Part shown: one piece after another, positions 37,245 through 47,174 of the stretch
Layout: each line of letters starts with the position of its first letter
Position numbering within the stretch: the stretch's first letter is position 1
Source: Candidatus Woesearchaeota archaeon
GTDB taxonomy: Archaea; Nanobdellota; Nanobdellia; SCGC-AAA011-G17; UBA489
Assembly (NCBI GenBank): GCA_964343875.1
Contig: CAYFJW010000001.1
Coordinates: 9,696 to 73,695 of the forward strand
DNA: 64,000 nucleotides
Direction of reading: 5' to 3'
Program-made: the position numbers and the translations under genes
Notes under the pieces: generated by a model
Told to the model about the DNA's origin: nothing
Databases searched by the model: none
What the model saw: only the letters and a program-made list of their open reading frames with translations

Positions 37245-37871
37245 ATGAGAATAGTATTAATCGGCGGACCAGGATCTGGAAAAGGAACTAGAGCCAAACA
37301 TATGGCAAAACACCTTTCCCTCCCACACATAAGCACAGGAGATATTTTTAGACACCACTTAGAGCAAGATACAGAGCATGCAGCCGAAATAAGAAGTTTC
37401 ATAGACTTTGGAAACTTAGTCCCAGATTCTCTTACAATAAAACTACTAAAAAAGAGACTAGCAGAAGACGATTGTCAAAGCGGTTTTATCTTGGATGGCT
37501 TTCCAAGAACAATGGAACAAGCCATGGGCATGGATCTTCCCGAACATGTTTTATTTTTTGATTGCCACGAAGATACTTTAGTTGATCGCCTAGGAAATAG
37601 ACTAAGTTGTAAGGATTGCAAACAGATCTACAATCTAAAAGGACAAAAACCAAAAGTCGAAAACAAATGCGATCACTGTGAAGGCGATTTAATACAAAGG
37701 GAAGATGACAAGGAAGAAGTTATTAGAGACCGATTAAAAGTTTACAAAAAACAAACAGAACCAGTTTTAGATTTCTTTGGAGAAAAAGTAACTAAATTTG
37801 ACACAGGAAAGGAAGTTGAAGAATCTGTAGAAGAAATATTGGCATTCTTAAGAAAAGAGCCCGTGGTCTAG
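37245..37871 (+). CDS. adk: Adenylate kinase (long, zinc-lid type)
   Basis: P-loop GGPGSGKGT, ISTGDIFR, GFILDGFPRT, lid CKDCKQIYN...CDHCEG. Starts 8 nt after tRNA-Thr. The last 4 codons plus stop lie inside tRNA-Val. Confidence 0.9.
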   Translation: MRIVLIGGPGSGKGTRAKHMAKHLSLPHISTGDIFRHHLEQDTEHAAEIRSFIDFGNLVPDSLTIKLLKKRLAEDDCQSGFILDGFPRTMEQAMGMDLPEHVLFFDCHEDTLVDRLGNRLSCKDCKQIYNLKGQKPKVENKCDHCEGDLIQREDDKEEVIRDRLKVYKKQTEPVLDFFGEKVTKFDTGKEVEESVEEILAFLRKEPVV

Positions 37872-37928
37872 TGGTATGACGTTTCCCTGACTTGGAAGAG
37901 GTCGCAGGTTCGATCCCTGCCGGGCTCA
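37857..37928 (+). tRNA. tRNA-Val(GAC)
   Basis: Acceptor GAGCCCG/CGGGCTC + A73, anticodon arm TTTCC-CTGACTT-GGAAG, T arm GCAGG-TTCGATC-CCTGC. The U at position 37 is unusual. Confidence 0.75.
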
Positions 37929-37994
37929 CTTTTTCAAAACATTTATTTCCATTTATACATTAGACTTTTAAAGAAGCTCTCATTGTAAAACTCA

Positions 37995-38468
37995 ATGAGT
38001 AAAAAGAAAAAGCCAATAACAATTGATTTTTGGAGTGTTATTAAAAAGAGGATCAACCTAATAAAAATTGGAATTCCTCCATCAATATTAATATTTGTTG
38101 GTATTTACATTTTAATAAAAACTTCACAATTACCTTACCTATCAGATCAAGATTATTTATTGAATACTTGGGGCTTAATCATTGGGATAACAGGGGTAAT
38201 CTGGCTAATTGTTGCGTTTGTGATTAGCGGACTAAAAACTTTCAAAAAATGGGATATTATCAAAAAACAAAAATATTATGCTAAAAATCAGAAACACTCA
38301 AAAAAGTATAAGGCTCTTTTTATTTTTTTAGTTGTAATAATGCTTGTAAAAGTGTATCTCACTGGAATAGAAGGCTATCAAGAACTTTCCAGATATTTTA
38401 ACTGGGCAATAATCATTGCAGTTCTTTGGTCTATTGTGATAAACATAAAATCTAAGACTACAGAATAA
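37995..38468 (+). CDS. Hypothetical integral membrane protein
   Basis: 157 aa with four hydrophobic helices and a Lys-rich loop. Confidence 0.5.
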   Translation: MSKKKKPITIDFWSVIKKRINLIKIGIPPSILIFVGIYILIKTSQLPYLSDQDYLLNTWGLIIGITGVIWLIVAFVISGLKTFKKWDIIKKQKYYAKNQKHSKKYKALFIFLVVIMLVKVYLTGIEGYQELSRYFNWAIIIAVLWSIVINIKSKTTE

Positions 38469-38595
38469 TTGTTTAATCGGCTTTTCTTCCAAAACATTTA
38501 TATATCAATTCTTAACATATTTAAGAAGTTAAAAAGCTTTTAAAACTAAAAAAAGACGTTTTTGACCTTTTTAGACTTAAAAGAGGTTTTAAAGA

Positions 38596-38781
38596 GTGTT
38601 TCCCACGGAAAAAGAACTGATATCATTCGTTAAGAAAAAAGGCCTAGTCAACTTCAGCATGATTGCTAAGCATTTCCAAATACAAAACACCACAGTTTCT
38701 GATTTAGTAGCTTCTTTAGAAAAAAGAAAGGTTCTCAGAATAAAAAAATTGGGAGGATCCAAATTAGTTCTATTAAAATGA
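38596..38781 (+). CDS. Small winged-helix DNA-binding protein (GTG start)
   Basis: 61 aa. LVNFSMIAKHFQIQNTTVSDLVASLEKRKVLRIKKLGG resembles a MarR/TrmB-type wHTH. ATGA overlap with the next gene. Confidence 0.45.
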   Translation: MFPTEKELISFVKKKGLVNFSMIAKHFQIQNTTVSDLVASLEKRKVLRIKKLGGSKLVLLK

Positions 38782-40760
38782 ATAAGAAAGCCCAGGCAAC
38801 AGCCTTCATAATAGCAGGAATAGTAATTGTAGCAGTAGTAATTACAGGAGTTTACTTCAGGGCAGAAATATTCAACTCACTAAAAAAAGAAACACTCTCA
38901 GAACAACCAACAATAAGTCAAATAGAGAAGGTTCACTCTTTCACAAAAGATTGTTTACAAGGATCTCTTGACCAAGGAACGGCAGAACTTGGGTTAAAAG
39001 GCGGACACATTGTAATGCCAGAAGGAGATTACTCTCCAACACCATACAACCCATTGTCAAATAGACTAAGCATCTTTGGTAGCGAGGGATTGACAGTTCC
39101 ATACTGGTCATTCCTAACACCCAACAACCTAGAAAAAACACAAATTCCTTCAAAACAAGAAATGGAAACCGAACTAAAAGAATTTGTAGAAACAGAATTA
39201 GATACCTGTCTAAATGATTACACACTATTCAAGAGCGAAGGATATGATATCGAATACAACCCATCAGAAGTAGAAATAGATATTGGAAATGAAGCAGTTA
39301 TCGCAGACACTTCAATGTTCTTAGAGGTAAGATACAAAGAGACTGCACAAACATTCACAAGGTTCAAAACAATCTCAGATGTACCTCTCGGCAGGCTTTA
39401 CTCTAGGGCCCTAGAACTCTTCGAATACGAAGCAAGGACAGGGTTCGTAGAAAACTTCACCTTAGAAACAATGGTTGTATACGATGAAATCCCGTTCTCA
39501 GGAGTAGACTTTGAATGTACTCCGAGAACATGGTTAAAGACTCAAGTAGTACAAGACCTAAAATCAATATTGGCATTAAATATTCCAACTTTAAAGATAG
39601 AAGGAACAGATTTCAGAATAAAAGATAGAAAAGATGAACAATTAATACATGACGCACTAAAGAAAAAAGAAAGAGATCTAACCATTACACTAATCTCATC
39701 CCCTTCATGGCCATTAATGATGGACGTAATTGGAACGGATTCCGAATTACTAAGAGGCAAACCCTTCACAACAGAGAATGAAGCGGCTAGATTCTTATTG
39801 CCTCTATTCTGTTTAAATGATTACCATTTTGTATACGACTTAAAATTCCCAGTACTTGTAACATTAACAGAAGATGATTACACCTTCCAATTCCCATTTG
39901 TTGCAGTAATAGACAACAACCAAGCAAAGAAGAACCAATTCCTAGTTCCTCAGTTTGAAGATAATCAAGAAATATGTGAAAGAAAAGATACAACACTAAA
40001 GGTAACCGCATTAGGAATAGCAGCCGATAGCTCAACAGTTCCATTAGATGGAGCAGACATTTCATTCCAATGCGTATTTACAGAATGTGAAGCCGGCGTA
40101 ACAAGACAGGAAGGAAATACATATTCATTAACAACACAATTCCCGCAGTGTATTGGCGGTAAAATGACTGCCTCCAAACAAGGATACCATACATCCAGCC
40201 TAGAAGTAGATACAAACCAAGAAGGAATGGTCAACCTGCCCTTAGAGCCATACTACGAGCTACCGGTAGGAATAATGATCGATGATGAAGGAACTTTAAG
40301 ATCTCCATACGATACAGAAAGTATCTTATTCCAGTTTGAAAATGAAGACAAGGAATATTTCACAACATACTATTATCCCTCTGAAGAAAAATTAAAACTA
40401 ATTGCAGGAAACTACAAGGTATCGGCAACCTTAATAGTTGAAACATCTGGAGGATTTAATTTCCCAGAAAGACAAATAGAAATTTGTTCAGAAGTCCCAA
40501 AGAGAGGTATTGGTGGAATCACAGGACTAACAGAAACAAAATGTACACAACAAAAAATTGACCCAATACAATTAGATGCAGTTGTAGCTGGTGGTGGTTC
40601 AACTACATGGAACATAGACAGGAGAGTGCTAGCAACATCAAACAAAATCACACTATACTCTTACAGAGGCAAAACTCCGACATCATTCGAAGAACTGAAC
40701 AATGTTTATACAAGTCAAGGAACATTCAGTAAAAACATGAGGAGTCCATCGTTCGAATAA
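38778..40760 (+). CDS. Large secreted protein with possible class III (pilin-like) signal peptide
   Basis: MNKKAQATAFIIAGIVIVAVVITGVYF N-terminus (basic-A-Q then a hydrophobic stretch). 660 aa, no other recognisable domain. Confidence 0.55.
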   Translation: MNKKAQATAFIIAGIVIVAVVITGVYFRAEIFNSLKKETLSEQPTISQIEKVHSFTKDCLQGSLDQGTAELGLKGGHIVMPEGDYSPTPYNPLSNRLSIFGSEGLTVPYWSFLTPNNLEKTQIPSKQEMETELKEFVETELDTCLNDYTLFKSEGYDIEYNPSEVEIDIGNEAVIADTSMFLEVRYKETAQTFTRFKTISDVPLGRLYSRALELFEYEARTGFVENFTLETMVVYDEIPFSGVDFECTPRTWLKTQVVQDLKSILALNIPTLKIEGTDFRIKDRKDEQLIHDALKKKERDLTITLISSPSWPLMMDVIGTDSELLRGKPFTTENEAARFLLPLFCLNDYHFVYDLKFPVLVTLTEDDYTFQFPFVAVIDNNQAKKNQFLVPQFEDNQEICERKDTTLKVTALGIAADSSTVPLDGADISFQCVFTECEAGVTRQEGNTYSLTTQFPQCIGGKMTASKQGYHTSSLEVDTNQEGMVNLPLEPYYELPVGIMIDDEGTLRSPYDTESILFQFENEDKEYFTTYYYPSEEKLKLIAGNYKVSATLIVETSGGFNFPERQIEICSEVPKRGIGGITGLTETKCTQQKIDPIQLDAVVAGGGSTTWNIDRRVLATSNKITLYSYRGKTPTSFEELNNVYTSQGTFSKNMRSPSFE

Positions 40761-40761
40761 A

Positions 40762-43700
40762 ATGAATAAAAAATTAATTGCAATGTTTATGATTTTCCTA
40801 GTGCTAACCCTGCCAGTAGCATACGGTCAAATAATAAGAACCGATAACCCAGATCAAGGAAGAAACATTGGAGACGAATTAGAAAGAAGACTTACAGAAC
40901 CCCCGACAATTTCAGACATAGTCGGAGAAGACATTATAATCAACGTAAAAGAGTACCAACCCCCAATCCTTAGAACAGGCCTATTAGAGGACCAAGGAGC
41001 AGTAGTGTACGCAATACTATCTGGAACACCAAGTAACCCTGCAATAACAGTTCCAAAGATCCATGACGTAGACATTCTCTCATACAATGTAATAACAACT
41101 CCAGAAGATTTACCAGTAAGAGTTGGAAGACCAAGGTACTTCAGAGACAGAACACAACCATTAACATATGACAACATGGGTTACTTACAAATACCAATTG
41201 CAAGAATTCCAAAAGAATCAAATGTTCCAGACAACATAATAATAGAAGTAGACTCAAGAGTTTTATTTGATGTTTCTGCAGGGATTGGAAAAAGTCCAAC
41301 TAAGATGGTTATTAGAGAAAAATCAGCAGAAAGAGGTAATGTCGAAAATCAAAAATATTTAAACATCTACATTGAAGCCGAAGAAATATCTTCTGACTAT
41401 GCAATATTTGATATCTATGATAACAACGGCAACTTAATTGAAGATGATTTAAAATTAGAAAAAGGAAAGAAATCAAGAACATTAAGAAGAAATAGATTCT
41501 ACTCTCCAGGACAGGTCTTTGACAAATTCAACGTGTACCTTAAAGACATTAAATCTGGAGGAAGAACATTAGATATTATGGTCCTTAGGGACGGAGTTCC
41601 AGAAACACACACAGTCTCAGAAGGAGAATCGATATATCCTGGATCAGGAATTACATTAGAGAGAATCGAAATCAGAGGAGATAATATACATGCCGACTTC
41701 AGAACCCCCAGTGGCCGATTACAAACAGCAGGCTTTCCTAGGTCAATCCCGGACGCAGCAGGGGAAATAGACTTTGGAAGCTTGTCTATCGCAGAGAACC
41801 AAAGCCGAAGTAGTGGCGGACCGCCAATCCGAATATGTGGAGGCATAGAACTATCTTCGGCAATAAAAGACGCAGAAACTAAGCTACACACAGCAACAAA
41901 ACCAGAAGACTACAACTTAGTACTCCAAGACATAAAACCATGTACAGACATATTCCAAAAAGATGCAACAGCAGTATCAAAAGAACATGCAATAGCGATG
42001 CAAGCGTTACTTGCAACAATTGAGTCCGAAACATCGGCAAGGTTAGTTGAAGATGCTAGTTTTGGAGGTGTACACACAATGGCACAAGGAAGATTAAATG
42101 AATTCTTAACAAAGTATTGGGAAACATACCAAACTGCTGAGTTCTCATTAGGAGCAATTGCAAACGATGAAACAGTGGAAGAGCTATATAGATTATCTGC
42201 AGAAGAATACGCAAGTGTTGTTTCACTAAATGAGGGCGATTTGGAAGTTAAATACGAAGGTGCGGCAAGCGGAGATAAAACAGCAATCCCAGAATTCTAT
42301 GCACAGTATAACAGAGCAGTGATCTATCATGCTAAATTAAAAGACTTAAGCAGAGCAGTAATAGAATACAATGCCCTGTTGGAAATGATTACAAAATACG
42401 AAGGAAACAAAAAAGCAGAGGCGGAAGCAATAATTTCTCCTGGGAGAATTCAAGGTAGAATCAATCTATTAACCTCCTTCATTAAAGACCCCTCAGGAAA
42501 GAGCCTTAGAGCTGAAATAGACTTAAAAGAGAAGAACGATGAAATTGTTACAGTGGTACTAGACGGTTCAAGTATAACCGATTACCAGTTAGAGGGAAGT
42601 CAATCAACAGCAACGGTAAGAGTCCACAACCCGGAAGGATCGGCAGCAGAAGAAAAACACATGCTCAAGGAGGGGGATTCAGTACCATTCATAGAAGGAT
42701 CATCGCCCTGGGTTGTAGAAAAGATAACATCAAACTCCATAATAATCAAACCAACATACAAAGACCATAGAACAACAACAATTCCAAGAGATAACAGGAA
42801 CGGAATCAGTATTCCAATAAAGATTGATGATAAATTTACAACACAAAGAGTAGTTTTAGAAAGTGTTGAATTGCATAATGAAGCACACATAATCGTAAGT
42901 CCAAACATAGAAAAAGCATTCAGTGCAGCAAGATTTAACTTACACATCCCAATTGAAAAAAGAGCATTCGACTTACCTTTATTCTCTGCATCAATTGAAT
43001 CTGAGATAGATAAAACAGAAAGACTCTTAGAGAAACTAGATGACACTTTAGAAAAAGTTGGAAAGATACACGAAGCATGGAAGAAATTTTGTTTTGGGGT
43101 TTACACCGCAATAGCGGCATGGAATTTCTTAAAATCTGTAGTTGGTTCGGGTTCAGGAAGAGCAAAAGATAGAGCATCAGAAACCTTCTGGAAACAAAAC
43201 GGTGATTGGTGTAAGAGTAAGGGGTTCTCAATGGATGAGTGTGTATTTGAAAGAGAAGATGCATACAACACAATTTTAGAAAACGAAGAAGAAGCCTATG
43301 AATATGCAGCAAAAGACACCTATACAGGGGATCTGAGCGGCGTTAAAAAAACACCAGAAAACAAGGTGCAAATGGAAAACTTAGCATATCTACAAAAAAG
43401 AATGCAACAAAATAACAGTACTGAGAACACAAAAGATTACCTTAACGCTTATGTTGGTGTAATGGCGGATAGGAATTATGAGGAGGAACTAGCAAAAACA
43501 GGCAAATCAGAGAGAGAATTATCCGATAGTGAAAGGGCAAACCTAAAGTTAGCAGTTGCAGATAGAAACGCACAAATGTTTGGAACACTAGGTAATGCCT
43601 ATTCCAACCAAAAAGACTACCTACAAACTCTTGATGTTTCAAGAGCATCAATTTACTTGCCGAAGGATAATAAAGTATTCTTGGGAGATCTAGCAGAGTT

Positions 43701-46263
43701 TGACCCAAATAAACTTTCACCGGAATTAAAAAAGAACATAGAAGACGCATGGATATCAAGGGAGGTGGAAATACTAAGAAAAGAAAACCCAGACCTAACA
43801 GTAGAGGAAGCAACAAAACAAGCGAGTAGTAGGGTTGTAGCAGCATTAGGGGGTGCAGGTTATGTATACACCTCTCCAAACGGAGGATTAATTCTCTTTG
43901 AGCAAAAAGAACAAGGAAAAAATTCATTACTATCCCCAGATGGAAAAACATACGAACTATCTTCAACATCAGTTGAACAAAGAGTAGAACACAAACCACT
44001 AGTAACCTACTACACAGACGGTCCAAATGCAGGAAAGATACACAGAATAACTATTGATGCAACACATTATGCAGAAATAGAATACACTTCCGGGGGAAGA
44101 ATGCTTGAACCAAGAATATTTGCGCGCACAGATCCAAATGCAGAAATAAGGGTAGATGACACAGAATATGGAGGGGGAGGCATTAGGGATGTAACTGCCT
44201 TATGGAAACAAGAAGGAAAAGATGTATCCGACCTTGGGAAAGTAGAGTCATGTGTTGGAACTATTAACAGGGCAAAAGCCTCAAAAAGAGATATGGTTAT
44301 CTGTAACGGGGTTGAATATGCAATCAGAAATGACCCAGCAATAAAAGGTCCGGCATGTGTAGAGTTTTACAGTCCAACAGAATGTAAATTATTATTTAAT
44401 GCATGTGATCCAGTTCTTTGTCCATCAAGTAGATTTGACTTGGGAGGAGAATGGAGAGTTGATAATGTAGCAGAAACTGGAATAATAGGAAGCACAATCT
44501 TAGGACTACATAACTTTGGAATACCTGGGACGGATATAGGCTTTGATGGCGGACAAGTTGTAATGCCAATTTGCATAACTGGCGTTTATGCAGGATTACA
44601 AAATATTAGAACTGTATTAATGGAATATTCAGACTGCCTAAAAAGATCTTTAGTTGATGATGAGTCAGTTGGAATTTGTGATATGCTAAGAAGTTATTAC
44701 ATTTGCGATGTTCTTTGGAAGGAAGCAATTGCAATATTTAATATTAAGAGCGGATTAGTGGGCACAGTATTAAAATCAATACATGATGATGAAGGTTCAG
44801 AGTACACAGACTTTGATGCAAGCATGGACCAATCAATAAATGGATTGAAATACTTCACTCAAAGTTATGCAAAGAATACATTTGCACAATTCTCGGGCGG
44901 AGCCCTCCCAGAAATAGGTGCAGAGGTGTGTAAGGCCGCAGTATATGGAAAGGTTCCAGGAGTAGGGTCATTCACAGATAGATTAATGCAACCAGAAAGT
45001 CCGCCACAATTCACAGCAATAATGGACGTTGTCCCATATTCAGACATTCCATTCCCTCCACAAGCAACATACAAAGTATATTACAGAATGTACGCAGGAG
45101 CAAATGAACCAATTTCATTCTCTGTATATCTAAAACATCAAGCAATAGATGGACAAAGTGGATTGCCAATAGCCTGGCTAGTAAGAAACAAAAGACTAAC
45201 ACCGGATGCATTTGACTCAGAAAACATTGACTTCAATGCGCCAGAAGGATACAACCAAGTATGCATGACTTATAGTAGTCCAACTTATGGTGTAAGAGAA
45301 GAATGTGGCTTCGGGAAAACAACTTCTGGCTTCGCAGTTAACTACATCGCACAAAAAATGGCAGAAAAAGAAGCAGGTCAGGAAGGAATACAAACTGCAG
45401 AACAATGTAACCCTTCTGGTTCAAGTTTGAGTGGACCCTACACTAGCACCACATCAAAAGTTGGAGCCGTAGCAGTTGGAGGATTTTCTTCAGGATTATT
45501 GGAAACGGGAATAATAAGGGTTTGTTCAACTTTCCCTCCAGGAGAAGATGTAGATTGGAAGGAAGTAGGAGAATGTTGGGAAGGACCAAAACCAAATGAA
45601 GGAAGGCACTTAGGTTATTGTTGGTTACATCTGCCATCTGCAGAGAAGATTGTAACAAAGTACTCAGTAAACAAAGATATTGATTGGAACAACTTTGAAA
45701 AAACACTACCTAATGCAACACAAGGTGCCGTAGACAGAATAAGCGAATATGCCCGAAAGTTAGGTTTAAGATCAGTTTATCTAACTACCGAGGATATTGA
45801 AGAAGCAGAAAAGAGAATTGAAACTGCCATATCAAATGGCAAATATGAAGAAGCAATAAACATATACAGGGATGTAATTGACAATGGCGTTCTTACCGTA
45901 GTAAAACAAGTAGAGTTAAGACTTGGACTCGCAGACCTATATAGGGAGTTTGCAAGTTTAACTGAAAATGAGAAAAACAGTCAACCATCTACAACAACCC
46001 CTCCACCAACACCACCAACACCACCAGCAACCACAGTTACTGCCACAACAACCGCAACATCTGGGCCATTCTGGTACCAGGTAGAAAAGGGAGATACACT
46101 TGCAGATGCCACCAATCACTCAAAAACGTATCTTGTAAATGAAGTAATAAAGACAAACACAGCATTGACATATTTTGTTCTCGAAATGCATAATGGCACA
46201 ACATTTAGAGTTCACCAAACAACAATTGCTAGCCTAGCCAGTGCAGGTTGGACTCTCCTTTAA
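40762..46263 (+). CDS. Giant (1833 aa) secreted/cell-surface protein
   Basis: Sec-type signal MNKKLIAMFMIFLVLTLPVAYGQ, internal hydrophobic segment FCFGVYTAIAAWNFLKSVVG. Cys-rich region CVEFYSPTECKLLFNACDPVLCPSS, Thr/Pro linker TTTPPPTPPTPPATTVTATTTAT (about 45985..46062). Small C-terminal domain WYQVEKGDTLAD is LysM-like. Confidence 0.7.
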   Translation: MNKKLIAMFMIFLVLTLPVAYGQIIRTDNPDQGRNIGDELERRLTEPPTISDIVGEDIIINVKEYQPPILRTGLLEDQGAVVYAILSGTPSNPAITVPKIHDVDILSYNVITTPEDLPVRVGRPRYFRDRTQPLTYDNMGYLQIPIARIPKESNVPDNIIIEVDSRVLFDVSAGIGKSPTKMVIREKSAERGNVENQKYLNIYIEAEEISSDYAIFDIYDNNGNLIEDDLKLEKGKKSRTLRRNRFYSPGQVFDKFNVYLKDIKSGGRTLDIMVLRDGVPETHTVSEGESIYPGSGITLERIEIRGDNIHADFRTPSGRLQTAGFPRSIPDAAGEIDFGSLSIAENQSRSSGGPPIRICGGIELSSAIKDAETKLHTATKPEDYNLVLQDIKPCTDIFQKDATAVSKEHAIAMQALLATIESETSARLVEDASFGGVHTMAQGRLNEFLTKYWETYQTAEFSLGAIANDETVEELYRLSAEEYASVVSLNEGDLEVKYEGAASGDKTAIPEFYAQYNRAVIYHAKLKDLSRAVIEYNALLEMITKYEGNKKAEAEAIISPGRIQGRINLLTSFIKDPSGKSLRAEIDLKEKNDEIVTVVLDGSSITDYQLEGSQSTATVRVHNPEGSAAEEKHMLKEGDSVPFIEGSSPWVVEKITSNSIIIKPTYKDHRTTTIPRDNRNGISIPIKIDDKFTTQRVVLESVELHNEAHIIVSPNIEKAFSAARFNLHIPIEKRAFDLPLFSASIESEIDKTERLLEKLDDTLEKVGKIHEAWKKFCFGVYTAIAAWNFLKSVVGSGSGRAKDRASETFWKQNGDWCKSKGFSMDECVFEREDAYNTILENEEEAYEYAAKDTYTGDLSGVKKTPENKVQMENLAYLQKRMQQNNSTENTKDYLNAYVGVMADRNYEEELAKTGKSERELSDSERANLKLAVADRNAQMFGTLGNAYSNQKDYLQTLDVSRASIYLPKDNKVFLGDLAEFDPNKLSPELKKNIEDAWISREVEILRKENPDLTVEEATKQASSRVVAALGGAGYVYTSPNGGLILFEQKEQGKNSLLSPDGKTYELSSTSVEQRVEHKPLVTYYTDGPNAGKIHRITIDATHYAEIEYTSGGRMLEPRIFARTDPNAEIRVDDTEYGGGGIRDVTALWKQEGKDVSDLGKVESCVGTINRAKASKRDMVICNGVEYAIRNDPAIKGPACVEFYSPTECKLLFNACDPVLCPSSRFDLGGEWRVDNVAETGIIGSTILGLHNFGIPGTDIGFDGGQVVMPICITGVYAGLQNIRTVLMEYSDCLKRSLVDDESVGICDMLRSYYICDVLWKEAIAIFNIKSGLVGTVLKSIHDDEGSEYTDFDASMDQSINGLKYFTQSYAKNTFAQFSGGALPEIGAEVCKAAVYGKVPGVGSFTDRLMQPESPPQFTAIMDVVPYSDIPFPPQATYKVYYRMYAGANEPISFSVYLKHQAIDGQSGLPIAWLVRNKRLTPDAFDSENIDFNAPEGYNQVCMTYSSPTYGVREECGFGKTTSGFAVNYIAQKMAEKEAGQEGIQTAEQCNPSGSSLSGPYTSTTSKVGAVAVGGFSSGLLETGIIRVCSTFPPGEDVDWKEVGECWEGPKPNEGRHLGYCWLHLPSAEKIVTKYSVNKDIDWNNFEKTLPNATQGAVDRISEYARKLGLRSVYLTTEDIEEAEKRIETAISNGKYEEAINIYRDVIDNGVLTVVKQVELRLGLADLYREFASLTENEKNSQPSTTTPPPTPPTPPATTVTATTTATSGPFWYQVEKGDTLADATNHSKTYLVNEVIKTNTALTYFVLEMHNGTTFRVHQTTIASLASAGWTLL

Positions 46264-46264
46264 A

Positions 46265-47077
46265 ATGAAAATATTAAAACAAACTTTCAAAGTATACAAA
46301 AAAAGTTTCTTCACACTAGCATTTGCCCAATTAATGCTATTTTTCTCATCACTCTTCTTCTTAATTTTCGTAAAATGGAAGCTAACAGATTACCTCAGAA
46401 AGTTACAAGAATTCCAACCACAATTGCAACAAGTCTTAAACACCGTAGATGTTAACAACCCAGCAACGATTGATAACTCATTAACAGTAATTGAAGCATT
46501 AAACAGAGTTACAAATGAAGCAACACTATTTGCATATGTTCTTGTCCCATTAGTATTACTAATAATCTGGATTGCATTCCAAGGATTATTTTGGGGAACA
46601 ATAAAGAAACAAAAAATAAAACCAATAAAAAACTACTTAGTAAGACTTGCAATTCCATCAGTATTTATCTTGATTATATTCTCACAAATTGCATTCCCCA
46701 GACAGATAACAGACTTCTTTAACACTTTTGATGATAGCATCTTCAGAATAATAATCTCTGCATTCATAGGTCTCTACTTACTAACAATGTATTACATAAT
46801 CTTAGATAACCAAACACTAGCAAAAGCACTCAAACAAACATATAACTTGGCAATAAAGAAATTCTACAGATTCATACCATTGTATCTCCCTTCATTCCTA
46901 CTTACAACAATTCTATTTTGGTTAATGGCGATTGCATTGACACAAGAATACACAGGAACAACAGTTTATGCCTCATCCATAGAATTAATAATCATAAGTT
47001 TGATAACTTTAATTCTAGCAATGTTCTATAAAGTATTCCTACAAAACTTAGTTAACAAAGAAAAAGTGTGGGAGTAA
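46265..47077 (+). CDS. Polytopic membrane protein, last gene of the surface-protein operon
   Basis: Six or more hydrophobic helices. ATG at 46265 is 2 nt after the giant ORF stop. Its own stop overlaps the 3' end of tRNA-Leu on the opposite strand. Confidence 0.55.
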   Translation: MKILKQTFKVYKKSFFTLAFAQLMLFFSSLFFLIFVKWKLTDYLRKLQEFQPQLQQVLNTVDVNNPATIDNSLTVIEALNRVTNEATLFAYVLVPLVLLIIWIAFQGLFWGTIKKQKIKPIKNYLVRLAIPSVFILIIFSQIAFPRQITDFFNTFDDSIFRIIISAFIGLYLLTMYYIILDNQTLAKALKQTYNLAIKKFYRFIPLYLPSFLLTTILFWLMAIALTQEYTGTTVYASSIELIIISLITLILAMFYKVFLQNLVNKEKVWE

Positions 47078-47174
47078 GGATTCGAACCTTAGTAGGCACT
47101 AAGCCACTGGGTTTCTTAGGTTTTTGTTCTTAACCTCCTAAGCCCAGTCCATTTGACCGCTCTGGCACTCCCAC
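47067..47174 (-). tRNA. tRNA-Leu(UAG), class II, with a 24-nt canonical 37/38 BHB intron (47113..47136)
   Basis: Minus strand: acceptor GTGGGAG/CTCCCAC + A73, anticodon stem CTGGG/CCCAG, loop CTTAGG|A. Long variable arm TGGCTTAGTGCCTAC, T arm TAAGG-TTCGAAT-CCTTA. BHB: central CTTA/TAAG, bulges GGA and AAA, inner helix GGTT/AACC. Confidence 0.85.
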
